This document shows positions 52,867 through 64,000 of a stretch of DNA of 64,000 nucleotides, piece by piece. The translations under genes were made by a program, and so were the position numbers. The DNA lies in contig NC_042997.1 in NCBI RefSeq assembly GCF_006345805.1, positions 191,146,001-191,210,000 on the forward strand, given 5' to 3'. The notes beneath the pieces are model-generated. The model searched no databases, was not told where the DNA came from, and saw nothing but the letters and a program-made list of their open reading frames with translations. How positions within the stretch are numbered: position 1 is the first letter of the stretch; each line of letters begins with the position of its first letter. This stretch comes from Octopus sinensis (Eukaryota).

Positions 52867-53709
52867 TATGATAGTTGTAAACGAGTGTCACCATCACACA
52901 AGCAGTCTCCTTCATTTCCAATCTTTTGTAAAAGCATGTCTGGCCACTGAGAACTACTATTAGGAAACAGGTGAGTGTTGATGACAGGAAGAGCATCCAG
53001 CCACAGGAAAATCCATCTTAACAAACTCGAGCTCATCCATGCAAGCATAAGAAAATGGACATTAAAATGATGATGATAATTAATAAGCTTCAACAGGTGG
53101 TGGGGAGGGTTCCAAAAGGGGTCCCAGGGAGTAGCATTCCAGCCTTCCTGAGCTAGTTTTCCACCACATTTCTTAAAAATCATGGTAGAGGCTTTGATCT
53201 CGGGACCGCTCATGTCTAGAAACTGAGGTTGGGAGTAAGCAAGAGCATGCTCCTCGTAGAAAATCCAGCTCCAAAAAGGCCTCATGATAACAAGGGAGAA
53301 TGGGCACCAACTAGCCTAAAGGTTGAGGTGGGTTGCACCTGCCTAGCTCGGTTGCTATGGAATTGAGGTAGATCTGGCCACCCCCGTTAACAGGGACAAA
53401 ACCCAGATTTAAAACACTGGATGATGTTGATGATGAACAACATGCAAGGATAGATTGGATAAATCTGAAGTACTTAACATCCCTTGGTGCAAATATAATA
53501 TTCCAAATATCATGGAGAATACATTAGCTATTACTGAGAACAATGATGACAGCAATAACAACAACAACAACAATTTCTTTCACCTGGCACTGGAGCAACA
53601 GATAAGTGGGTGGATGGGGGTTTTAATAAACTTTACAGAAAACAGTGAAAGAGGAGACAACACCATCGCAGTAAAACAAATAAAGAAGGATATTATTTTA
53701 TTACTTATT

Positions 53710-54455
53710 GTGAAGACCCGACAAATGAAGTATGCTGTGACTGCAAAGACCCAACAAATAAAGTGAGTTCATGGCTCGCAGGACGGCCTGCTGTGCTAAC
53801 CTTGGTTCGTAGGGTGACCTTCTGTGCTTGAGGAGACCTATTGAGTCAAGTACATCAACATCAATATCAAAATAAAAATCAAATGGATATTGTAGTTGTG
53901 ATACCCGTGCCGGTGGCACGTTGGGCCTCACAGTGGAAATGACGAAAGACTGAGACCTCTGAGATATGCTGTGACTGTAAAGACCCAACAAATGAAGTGA
54001 GTTCATGGCTCGCAGGATGGTCTGCTGTGCTAACCTTGGATCGTAGAGTGACCCAATGTTCTTGAGGAGACCTATTGAGTCAAGTATGTCAACACCAACA
54101 TCAAAATAAAAATCAAATGGAAATTGTAGTTGTGATACCCGTGCCGGTGGCACATAAAAGGCACCATCCGAACGTAGCTGATGCCAGCACCGCCTGACTG
54201 GTGATCGTGTCGGGGGCATGTAAAAAAGCACCAGCCACTCATGGCCGTTTGCCAGCCTCCTCTGGCCCCTGTGCCAGCGGCACATAAAAAGCACCCACTA
54301 CACTCACAGAGTGGTTGGTGTTAAGAAGGGTATCCAGCTGTAGAAACACTGCCAGATCAGACTGGAGTCTGGCGCAGCCTCCTGGCTTCCCAGACCTGAT
54401 CGAACCATCCAACTCATGCTAGCATGGAAAGCGGACGTTAAACGATGATGATGAT
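53710..54455 (+). mobile_element. RTE 3' end with a 234-bp internal tandem duplication
   Basis: TGCTGTGACTG...GTGCCGGTGGCAC starts at 53733 and 53967; (GAT)n tail. Confidence 0.8.
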
Positions 54456-54464
54456 GTATTATAA

Positions 54465-55670
54465 AAAGATTCCAACCTGGGCCATAGTAAAAAAGCTCAC
54501 CCGCCACACTTCTTGGTCTATCATCACTGCCTCAAGGTCCTGGATACATTCCAGCCAGTGTCTGCAATCAAGTTGTCAGCATAAATGTAACAACATTTTC
54601 CTCTTTTTACATCACAATGAAATAGGTTCTTCTGTCATATGTTGCTGCCATTTGCAGCATCCTTGTATAGCATGGATGTCAAAAACGTCTGCAAGTGTTG
54701 TAGGGAGATTGCAGCTGGTTGTACTGAAATTCACGATGAAGAAAGAAGCAGGTGACCATCAATTTCCGACGAGACAGTCGCAAAGATTGAGCAAATCCTG
54801 CATAAAAATCAGTGAATCACTTGGATATCTCCACATTTTGGTTCCTGAGATTTCCCAAAGCACCATTCATAGGGTTTTGAGTGAAAAGTTACAATATTAG
54901 AAGGTGTGTGCAAGATGGGTCCCACAAATGCTCATAGAAGGCCATAAGCAGCAAATCCACCTTATAGTCCAGACTTGGCACCCAGTGACTACCTGTTCCC
55001 TAAGTTGAAAGAACATTTGACTGGAATGTGCTTCAGCAATGACAACGGGGTGAAAGACGAGGTTCAACGCTTCCTCAATGACATGGCAATGAGCTGGTAT
55101 GACATGGGCATACAAAAACTTCCCCAGCGCCTACAAAAATGCATCGACTGAAATGGTGATCATATAGAAAAATAGATTAAGGCGGCAAGCTGGCAGAAAC
55201 GTTAGCACACTGGGCAAAATGCGTAGCCGTTATGTTCTGAGTTCAAATTTCGAAGAGGTCGACTTTGCCTTTCATCCTTTCGGGGTTGATTAAATAAGTA
55301 CCAGTTACAGACTGGGGTCGATGTAATTGACTTAATCCGTTTGTCTGTCCTTGTTTGTCCCCTCTGTGTTTAGCACCTTGTGGGTAGTAAAGAAATAGGT
55401 ATTTCATCTGCTGTTACATTCTGAGTTCAAATTCCACCAAGGTCGACTTTGCCTTTCATCTTTTCAGGGTCGATAAATTAAGTACCAGTTACACACTGGG
55501 GTCGATGTAATTGACTTAATCCTTTGTCTGTCCTTGTTTGTCCCCTCTATGTTTATCCCCTTGTGGGCAATAAAGAAATAAGAAAAATAGATAAATGTTC
55601 AAACTTTAAAATGATGTAAACATCATTGATAATAAAGGTTTCTGTGATTTCTAAATATTTTTGGAGACCC
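54465..55670 (+). mobile_element. Internally deleted mariner transposon, interrupted by SINE C
   Basis: KVCARWVPQML jumps to PYSPDLAPSDYLFPKLKEHL...KCID*NGDHIEK: the WVP and YSPDL motifs are retained and the catalytic middle is missing. Confidence 0.8.
55178..55580 (+). mobile_element. SINE C dimer with 12-bp TSD
   Basis: AGAAAAATAGAT at 55166-55177 and 55581-55592. Confidence 0.9.
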
Positions 55671-55986
55671 TACTTTTGAGATTACCCTCATACAATATGG
55701 ATGATAAACTTCATCCTTCGTTCAGTTTAATACCAAGCTTAGCCTGTGAGTGTCTCTTGCTAAGTCCACTTTGTTGCAAGTACTGAAGCCAGACGTCCAG
55801 TCTGGGAATGAATTCTTCCTTTCATTCCACTAGGAGCAGGTATGGTTGTGTGGTAAAAAGCTTGCTTTGCAACCAGGTGGTATTAGGTTGAGTCCCACCA
55901 TTTGGCACCTTGAGCAAGTATCTTCTATTATAACCCTAGGCCAACCATTGCCTTGTGAGTGAAATTGGTAGACAGAAACTGTGAGG

Positions 55987-56207
55987 TAGCGAGCTGGCAG
56001 AAATGTTAGCAAGCCGGGTGAAATGCTTAGCGGTATTTTGTCTGCCACTACATTCTGAGTTCAAATTCCACCAAGGTCGACTTTGCCTTTCGGGGTCAAT
56101 TAAATAAGTACCAGTTATGCACTGCGGTCGATGTAATCGACTTAATCCCTTTGTCTGTCCTTGTTCGTCCCCTCTGTGTGTAGCCCCTTGTGGGCAATAA
56201 AGAAATA
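55987..56207 (+). mobile_element. SINE C nested in SINE A (about 55815-56470) with 13-bp TSD
   Basis: AGAAACTGTGAGG at 55974-55986 and 56208-56220. Confidence 0.9.
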
Positions 56208-56537
56208 AGAAACTGTGAGGAAGCCCATATATGTATGTGTGTGTGTGTGTATATGAGTGAATATGTGAGTTTTGTGTTTGTGCTGTATTTGTCCCACCAG
56301 CACCATCACTTGACAACTGGTGTTGGTTTGTTTAGATCCCTTAACAGTTCGGTAAAAGGGGCCAACAGAATAAGTACCAGGCTTAAAAATAAGTAGTGGG
56401 GTCAGTTTGCCCGAGTAAAACTCATCAAGGCAGTGCCCCAGCATGGTTGCAGTCCAATGACTGAAACAATGACTTGGCTGTACAGCCATACTTGCACCTA
56501 TAGCTATTTTGGTGTGTGTTTTTAAACTATATATCCA

Positions 56538-56747
56538 TTACTCTTTTACTTGTTTCAGTCATTTGACTGTGGCCATGCTGGAGCACCGCCTTTAGCCGAG
56601 CAAATTGACCCCAGGACTTATTCTATGTAAGCCTAGTACTTAATCTATCGGTCTCTTTTGTCGAACCACTAAGTTACAGGGACGTAAACACACCAGCATC
56701 GGTTGTCAAGCGATGTTGGGGGAGACAAACACAGACACATAAACACG

Positions 56748-56785
<38 letters not shown>

Positions 56786-56791
56786 CATACA

Positions 56792-56827
<36 letters not shown>

Positions 56828-56990
56828 CGATGGGCTTCTTTCAGTTTCCATCTGCCAAATCCACTCACAAGGCTTTGGTTGGCCCAAGGCTACAGTAGAA
56901 GACACTTTGCCCAAGGTGTCACGCAGTGGGACTGAACCCAGAACCATGTGGTTGGTAAACAAGCTACTTACCACACAGCCACTCCTACGC
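56538..56990 (-). mobile_element. SINE A, full length
   Basis: Reverse complement of the full family A body ending CTCCTACGCC. Confidence 0.85.
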
Positions 56991-57569
56991 CATTCTAGTG
57001 TAATCTTTTCTTTTCTGAGTACCAATTAATGTCTTTAATCATCAGTTGTTTTCTTGATCTATTTATAAAAGGTAAAGGGCACCCCCACCCTGCCTCCCGG
57101 TCATGAATGACCATGGGATTGCACCAAGAAAGTTTTCCTCCAAGGCACAAGTCCAGGCAAGGTCGTTTATAGAAGACCAGCACTCACCCATGCATATCAG
57201 CCTTCTCCTCCATGCCATTTCTTGTTTTAAGATAATCTAAAATAAAACTTATTATATTTCGTTTTACACTCACCGGTAAAATTTCCATTTATTTTTATTT
57301 TCCTAAAATTTTCATTGTCTTGCAACCTTTTGAAGACTATTGAAAAGGTTGCAAGATGCAATGAAAATGACTCTCCCCCGACACAACTTAAATAAAACCT
57401 TCCTTCAAAACTGCATGTTGATTTATATTCCAAACGCTAGCTTGATAAAACCACAGCTTTTTTAGTAAATTATTCATTAATTTCAAAATTAAGTGAAGCA
57501 ATGGCAGTGTATTTCAACAGAAATATAGTAGTAACAAAGGGGTTAAGGAAGTTCTGGTGCTACATAAAA

Positions 57570-57863
57570 ATCACCCAGGGCCGAACGTGGCCGATGCCAA
57601 CGCCGTCTTGACTGGCTTCTGTGCCGGTGGCACGTTAAAAGCACCAGCTGATCATGGCAGTTGCCAGCCTCACCTGGCACCTGTGCCGGTGGCACGTAAA
57701 AAGCACTCTCGGAGTGGTTGGCGTTAGGAAGGGCATCCAGCTGTAGCAACACTACCAGATCAGACTGGAGCCTAGTGCAGCCTCCTGGCTTCCCAGACCC
57801 CGGTCGAACCGTCCAACCCATGCTAGTATGGAAAGCGGATGTTAAACGATGATGATGATGATG
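57570..57863 (+). mobile_element. RTE 3'-UTR retrocopy flanked by direct repeats of about 97 bp
   Basis: 57472-57569 is repeated at 57864-57959 with few differences. Confidence 0.8.
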
Positions 57864-58229
57864 ATTCATTAATTTCAAAATTAAGTGAAGCAATGGCAAT
57901 GTATTTCAATAGAAATATAGTAACAAAGGGGTTAAGGAAGTTCTGGTCCCACATAAAAACCGCTAAGAACACTCTGTAAAATGGCTGGTATTAGGAAGAA
58001 CATCCGGCCATAGAAACCTTGCCAAGTCAGACTGGAACCTGGTGCAGCTCCCATGCTTTCCAGCTCAAGTCAAACCATCCAACCCACACCAGCATGGAAA
58101 ACGGATGTTAGATGATGATGGTGATGATAAAATTTAAGAGAATCATATGAATACAGACTTTCATTAAAGGAATGAAGAGTAACAAAAAATTTTAACAAAA
58201 AAAGTCATTTTCTATATAAACAGACTTAC

Positions 58230-58953
58230 CTTAAACCTTCAAATCCTTTGACGCAGTCACAAGTAAATGAGTTTATGGAATCGTTACAGGAAGCACCATT
58301 CATACAGGGTTGACTCTCACACTCATCGATGTCTTTCTCACAGAATTCCCCAGCGTAACCAGCTACACAGTCACATTTGTATTTATTCCAAATGTCCTTG
58401 CAAGTGGCTTGATTCTTACACTTATTGTTGAGGCAAACGTCTGCACTCAGACATCCCAATTGTATATTTCTTTCCCGCAACAGTCGATACTGTTGTGAAC
58501 GGCTGCTATTGCTCGTGCCAGGCAACAGTGGAAGATGTTTACCATTGACACTCAGGTTTTTCATGCAACCAACAAACATTTCACCGACAGTAAAGTTATT
58601 TCTTGTGAAGAAAGTTGTATAGTTTATGCTAACATTCGAAATACTGACAACTTTTACTCCGTCTATTGTAATCCAGGTGTTATTCTCATTCCATGCAAGC
58701 ACAAGAAAATGCCAAGCACCATCAGTAACATTTTCAGAAGCATCGCCACTGATGTTTCCAGCATCTATCTTCAGAATATTATTATGCAAATACACAGAAA
58801 AATTTGAATCTGTAGTTGTATCAATTGCAGAAAACAAGTAGCCTTGCTCTTCCCTTGTTCGGAAATGAACACTGAAATTCTGAGGGTCGGTTATATAAGG
58901 GGTTGGTTCATAGAGTACACTTGATGTTTTGTTAAATGTTGCTGTTACATAAC
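58230..58953 (-). CDS. crb: Crumbs-like gene, exon C: laminin-G domain plus two EGF domains
   Basis: Acceptor gtcattttag|GT. LamG motifs [39 protein letters not shown] and calcium-binding [30 protein letters not shown]. Donor AG|GTAAGT, phase 2. Confidence 0.93.
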
Positions 58954-60044
58954 CTAAAATGACAAAAAAAAAACAAGTAGCATTGAGTAATTGTAAAGAT
59001 TTATTTAATATTTTATTCATTTAAAACAATCATGGAAATGATAATTGTTCGTCATTCTATAAAAGTAACTTCTATGATAATAAACACAAAATTCTGTCTG
59101 AGATCCCTGTATCTCAGCCAGCATTTGTTCTACACAGACATATAATACCTTTTTGGAATCAGGGTGATCCTGGGATAGAAAATCTGCCTTTTGCTTGGTT
59201 CTTGATCATCCACCATTGGGATCCGATTTAAAAGCATTTCGGTTGCTATTTCTAGCAGGTAAAGCTTGGCTGATTCACACCATCTTGGTTGGCGTTTGTC
59301 AGATGGCATCAGAGATCAAGAGTGAGATAAATGACATTTGCTTCACTAATTTTATGTCAAGATAAGAACTCTGGGACAAAATGGCCAACAGTTGGAATTC
59401 AAGGTGGGACTGGAACAATAGAATGATTGCCTTACAGAATTAATTCTCATCCATCTTTAACCTCTGATCAAACACCACTGGGGCATATAGTCATTATAGA
59501 CATATTATAGCCATGCTATTTAGCTCTCTTTAGTTTTGGGTTGTAGGTCCAATTAGCCCTCTGCAAGAGCTAGCTTCAAAGTCTGCATGAAGTGAAGCTT
59601 TTAAGCTAGTATCTAATAAATAAGTCTTGGAGTCACCTAACTCTTTTGGTACTAACTTACCCAAGATTACTACAGATTCTATGATACAAAATTTCATTTT
59701 AAGAAGTGATCTAAAAAAATCATCCATCGAAATTTCAAGTTAATTTATAATTAAAAAAAAAACAGATAATGACGAAATTATTTTCCTAAATTCTTCATTA
59801 TTTTCAAAATTAATTTGAATAAAATTAGTGTATTTCAACAGAAAATTGTGACAAAGGGTTAAGCTAACTAAAAATAATATTAGTCAATAATATTTTAATT
59901 TTCATCAACAAGTACAGGTGACAACTGTCAACATATTTCACTCTTGTTCTGACCACATTAGCAAAATACTGCCTTTACTATACTTGCTGGAATAATGGCA
60001 GAAGAATCGCTAAATAATTATACAAGATTGTATTGACCGAAGCC

Positions 60045-60470
60045 AGCACCGCCTTGACTGGCTTCTGTGCCAGTGGCACATGACCTGCTGTGCTTGAGGA
60101 GACCTATTGAGTCAAGTACATCAACATAAATATCAAATGGAAATTGTAGTTGTAATACCTGTGCCGGTGGCGCGTAAAAAGCACCATCCGAATGTGGCCG
60201 ATGTCAGTGACACCTTGATTGGCTTCTGTGCCGGTGACACGTAAAAAGCACCAACCTATCATGGCGGCTGCCAGCCTCCCCTGGCCCCTGTGCCGGTAGC
60301 ATGTAAAAAGCACCCACTACACTCACAGAGTGGTTGGCGTTAGGAAGGGCATCCAGCTGTAGAAACACCACCAGATCAGACTGGAGCCTGGTGCAGCCTC
60401 CTGGCTTCCCAGACCCCGGTCGAACCATCCAACCCGTGCTAGCATAGAAAACAGACGTTAAACAATGATG
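60045..60470 (+). mobile_element. RTE 3'-UTR retrocopy (family B)
   Basis: Family body and GAT tail. Confidence 0.8.
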
Positions 60471-61355
60471 ATAATGTACATTGATTGGTTTAGGAAAATA
60501 TAATTGTTCAGACAATAAATAATTCAAAGATGCCATCATCCACATGAAAAATGTTTAGTTAAGTGTTAACATATCTAACAGAGTATTAACCAAGCAAAGA
60601 AAAATCTTGTACATTTATTTAGTATTCAATTCATTATTACTTTGGCAAGCACAGGGAAGACTAAGCTAAACTGGTGAGGTCAGTATAATACTGAAACATG
60701 TCCAGCATTATGATAATGACACCGGCTTCTCATCCAGAAAAATGAGTAAATATTGCAGGATTAGTGCATGCCTGACATTCCAAGAGCCTGTCCTACAAAT
60801 ATTAGTATTAGCAGCAGATGAACTTTCTGATGGAAAGAACAGTCTCCTCCTCACGAAAGAAACAAAATAACAGCTTCAGAATCTAACTACCCGTCAGATA
60901 AAGGTACACTTGGCACATGCATCACAACCATATGTACATGACATGGTGATCTCATATCAAGATAAACAGCACATGACTTTGCAGCTGAATTTTCTTCTGG
61001 TCGAGTAGCCCATTCTGCTCAAAAGGTCCCTGAATAAGGATTGTTTAAGGATGTTGAATGAATCACCCGTGTTTCCAAATGTGAATTATCCAAACCTCTA
61101 AGAATTCCTTTCAACACATGGCTATGATGCTCCCCAACTACTTCTGCTTGTGATCAGAGATGTACATATCGTCAGCCACTAAGGGACATGGTCAACTGGT
61201 TATGGTCAAACAACTGACAAGCAAATCTTTGGTATTGAGCAGAATATTTGCTGTAGCCGATCTTTTATACCAAGACAAAACAATGTACATGATAACATTT
61301 CCAATCAGTTAAGATCAGAAGCCATGAGAACCACTGCCTGGTACTGCATCAGGAC

Positions 61356-61392
<37 letters not shown>

Positions 61393-61540
61393 GAGTGAGA
61401 GATCAGCTCGTGCCATCAAAGTGACACTGGGTATTATTATTATTATCAATATTATGTAATAATACTGAAATAAAACATGTTTTATTGCTGAGAGAAGGGT
61501 TACTGTTAAATAAAGGGAAAAAATGTCAGACTCAACCTAC

Positions 61541-61653
61541 ATTCATATCCATCTTCAGTATTTCCACAACGAGTATTATTAGGACAGTTGGCATAGTAAC
61601 AGAAGTCTATATCTGTGCAGTTCTTACCAGTAAAACCAGCAGTGCAGTTGCAA
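61541..61653 (-). CDS. crb: Crumbs-like gene, exon B (EGF; not in the ORF track)
   Basis: Acceptor tttcttcttttgtag|T completes AT|T (Ile). Encodes CNCTAGFTGKNCTDIDFCYYANCPNNTRCGNTEDGYE. Donor T|GTAGGT, phase 1, joins exon C to give GYEC-YVTATF, an EGF-to-LamG junction I recall as typical of Crumbs. Confidence 0.9.
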
Positions 61654-61794
61654 CTACAAAAGAAGAAAAAAAAAATTTAGTAAAAAGTAAAGTTGTTAGA
61701 GCAGATAATTGGTAGCATCATTAGCGCATCAGATAAAATGCCTACAGTATTTAATTGTGGCCCTTTATGCTGGTCTGCTTCCAATGATGGAAAT

Positions 61795-61966
61795 CTTCAT
61801 TGATAGAAATTTACGTTGGTTGGACAACAACAGAATCTCCAGACAACTTCTTTACTTCCTTTACTTGCAACTAAGCAAGGAGAAAAGAAACCATGGAAGA
61901 CCTACGCTGAGATTAAAAGATACTGCAAAAAGGAATATGAAGTGGAAAGGAATTGATCATAAATAA
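61795..61966 (+). mobile_element. Old RTE-clade ORF2 C-terminal fragment
   Basis: NLRWLDNNRISRQLLY...KRNHGRPTLRLKDTAKRNMK resembles the RTE motif RIPKQLLY...GRPxLRFKD. Confidence 0.65.
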
Positions 61967-62769
61967 GAGGCAAACTCAAGTGAAGAACTGACCAATATGG
62001 AGAAAACTTAGCAATTCGTGTCAAAGCCATGAACAGCCATAATCGTGACAACTGACTGCTAATGACAAATATTTTTGAGTTCAAATCCTGAAGAGGTTAA
62101 CTTCACCATTTATCCTTACCAGGAGGTCATCATCGTCATCGTTTAACTGGCATGGGTTGGATGGTTTGACTGAAGACTGACAAGCTAGGAGGTTGTTCCA
62201 GGCTCCAATTTGATCTGGCAAAGTTTCTACAACTGGATGGCCTTCCTAATGCCAACCACTCCGAGAGTGTAGTGGGTGCTTTTTACATGCCACTGGCATG
62301 GGGGCCATTCAGGCGGCACTGGCATCAACCCAGTTTCATAAAGTATTAAGCAAGTAGTGGAGCCAATTTAACATTCATATAAAATTCCAATGAAGATATA
62401 TTGTCTAGTGCTTTGTTGAGTTCATATATTGTCTGTCCTTGTTTGTCCCCTCAACGTTTAGCCCCTTGTGGGCAATAAAGAAATAAGATTTGTTAACATG
62501 TTGAACAAAATGCTTAGAGGTTTTTCTTCTGGTTCTAAGCTCTAAGTTCAAACTCTGACACAGTCGATTTTGTCTTTCATCCTTTGGGGGTCAAAAAACA
62601 AGCACCAGTTGAGCAATAGGGGTCAAGAAAATTGATTAGCCTCCACCCCAGCCCACCAAAATTTCATAGGTGCACACAAATATATAAATGGTGGGTTTCT
62701 TTACAGTTTTGGTCTCCCAACTCCATTTACAGGGCATCCAGCTATAAAAGCCATACCAAAGGCTCCCTC

Positions 62770-63320
62770 ACCAGTACTGGTGAAATGTAAAAAGCACAAG
62801 TCTATTCTGTAAAGTAGTTAACATTAGGAAGAGTACGCAGCTATCAAAAACATGCCAAAACAGACAGTGAAGCTTAGTTCAGTCCTCTGGCTTACCAATT
62901 CCTATCAAACTGTTTGATCCATGCCAGCATGGAAGACAGATGTTAGATGTTGATGATGATGATCATCATCGTTTAACGTCTACTTTCCATGCTAGCATGG
63001 GTTGGACGATTTTGACTGAGGGCTGGCAAACCAGATGGCTGCACCAGGCTCCAATCTTGATTTGGCAGAGTTTCTACAGCTTGATGCCCTTCCTAATGCC
63101 AACCACTCTGAGAGTGTAGTGGGTGCTTTTTACGTGCCACCGGCATGCGGGCCAGTCAGGCGGTACTGGCAATGACCTCGCTCGAATCTTTTTACACATG
63201 CCACCAGCACAGGTGCCAGTAAGGCAACGTTGGTAACGATCACACTCGAATGGTGCCCTTTTACGTACCACCAGCACAGAAGCCAGTTGGCTGCTCTGGC
63301 AATGATCACGTTCAGATAGT
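62770..63320. mobile_element. Two family B copies joined tail to tail
   Basis: (GAT)n switches directly to (CAT)n at about 62963; the plus copy on the left is degraded and the minus copy on the right is better preserved. Confidence 0.75.
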
Positions 63321-63539
63321 GCTCTTGGCACCCTACTAGATGACATTTGCTCGAGCTGCTACAAAGTGGGACGGAACCCAAAACCACATGGCTGTTAAGT
63401 GAACTTCTTAACCACACAACTTTCTTCCGGTTTCTAATTACCAAACCCATTTACAAGGTTATGGTCAGTGCGGAGGCTATAGCAATGGACTGAACCTAAA
63501 ACCAATGAATCAAATTCTGAATACAAAATTTATACTTAC

Positions 63540-64000
63540 ATATAACGTTCAAATTCAATATACTGACATGTAGAATTGTTGCCACATGGTTTATTTAGCT
63601 TACAAGGATCATTTTTAACAGCACCTGACTTAACATTTGCTGTGGCAGTCGGTAGTAAAGTGTTTGGTAACCTCACAACATTGCTGGTATTATTATTAAA
63701 GACAACTGACATGTTATTTAATGCCATATCTTGTAGAATTCCACGGAAATTTTCAACAGGTTGTATACTTCTGCGCTTTCGGGTACTTGAACTGCCAGGT
63801 TTCTTACCTACAGTCAATATACTCGTGTTCAAGGAACATCGATCATTTAAATTCTGTGTTATATTGAAAGAATCAACAACCAAGGTGATGTTTTCAAGAA
63901 ACACCTTTACTTCTAAAAAGTGTTTTCGGCCATCATCATATTTGGTTGAGGTTTTATAAATGAAATCCTTACAACGTTTCATTTCTGTGACAATACTGCC
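63540..64000 (-). CDS. crb: Crumbs-like gene, exon A (5' part outside window): C-terminal part of a laminin-G domain plus start of an EGF domain
   Basis: Frame open to the window edge (GSIVTEMKRC...YDDGRKHFLEV...FRGILQDMALN...DPCKLNKPCGNNSTCQYIEFERY). Donor AT|GTAAGT at 63540/63539, phase 2. Confidence 0.88.

Noticed and set aside
60880-61435. Possible R4/Dong-like retroposon ending in (ATT)n
   Set aside because: Only one copy in the window and no readable coding motif, so the class cannot be supported.

Overview
AT-rich, microsatellite- and retroposon-dense eukaryotic DNA. The repeat families match what I recall from Octopus/coleoid cephalopods (inference, no database search). The only supported protein-coding gene is on the minus strand: seven exons (64000-63540, 61653-61541, 58953-58230, 47524-47395, 7797-7720, 3872-3719, 1748-1617). 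They splice by hand through GT-AG sites with matching phases into one 597-codon open frame encoding partial LamG-EGF-EGF-LamG-EGFx6 (last EGF incomplete), most likely the C-terminal ectodomain of Crumbs. Both gene ends lie outside the window, and one intron is 39.6 kb. The introns hold tRNA-derived SINEs, RTE LINE relics and many copies of their 3' UTR, CR1-like relics, mariner and piggyBac relics and MITEs, a Helitron, a solo LTR, a tRNA-Arg pseudogene, foldback elements and Penelope-like relics. The most interesting signals are three minimal hammerhead-ribozyme-like motifs on the pre-mRNA strand, a furin-type RKRR site in the ectodomain, and a sense-oriented solo LTR poly(A) signal just after the last visible exon. 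Exon, TSD and TIR coordinates were counted base by base; most other repeat boundaries are approximate (tens of bp).
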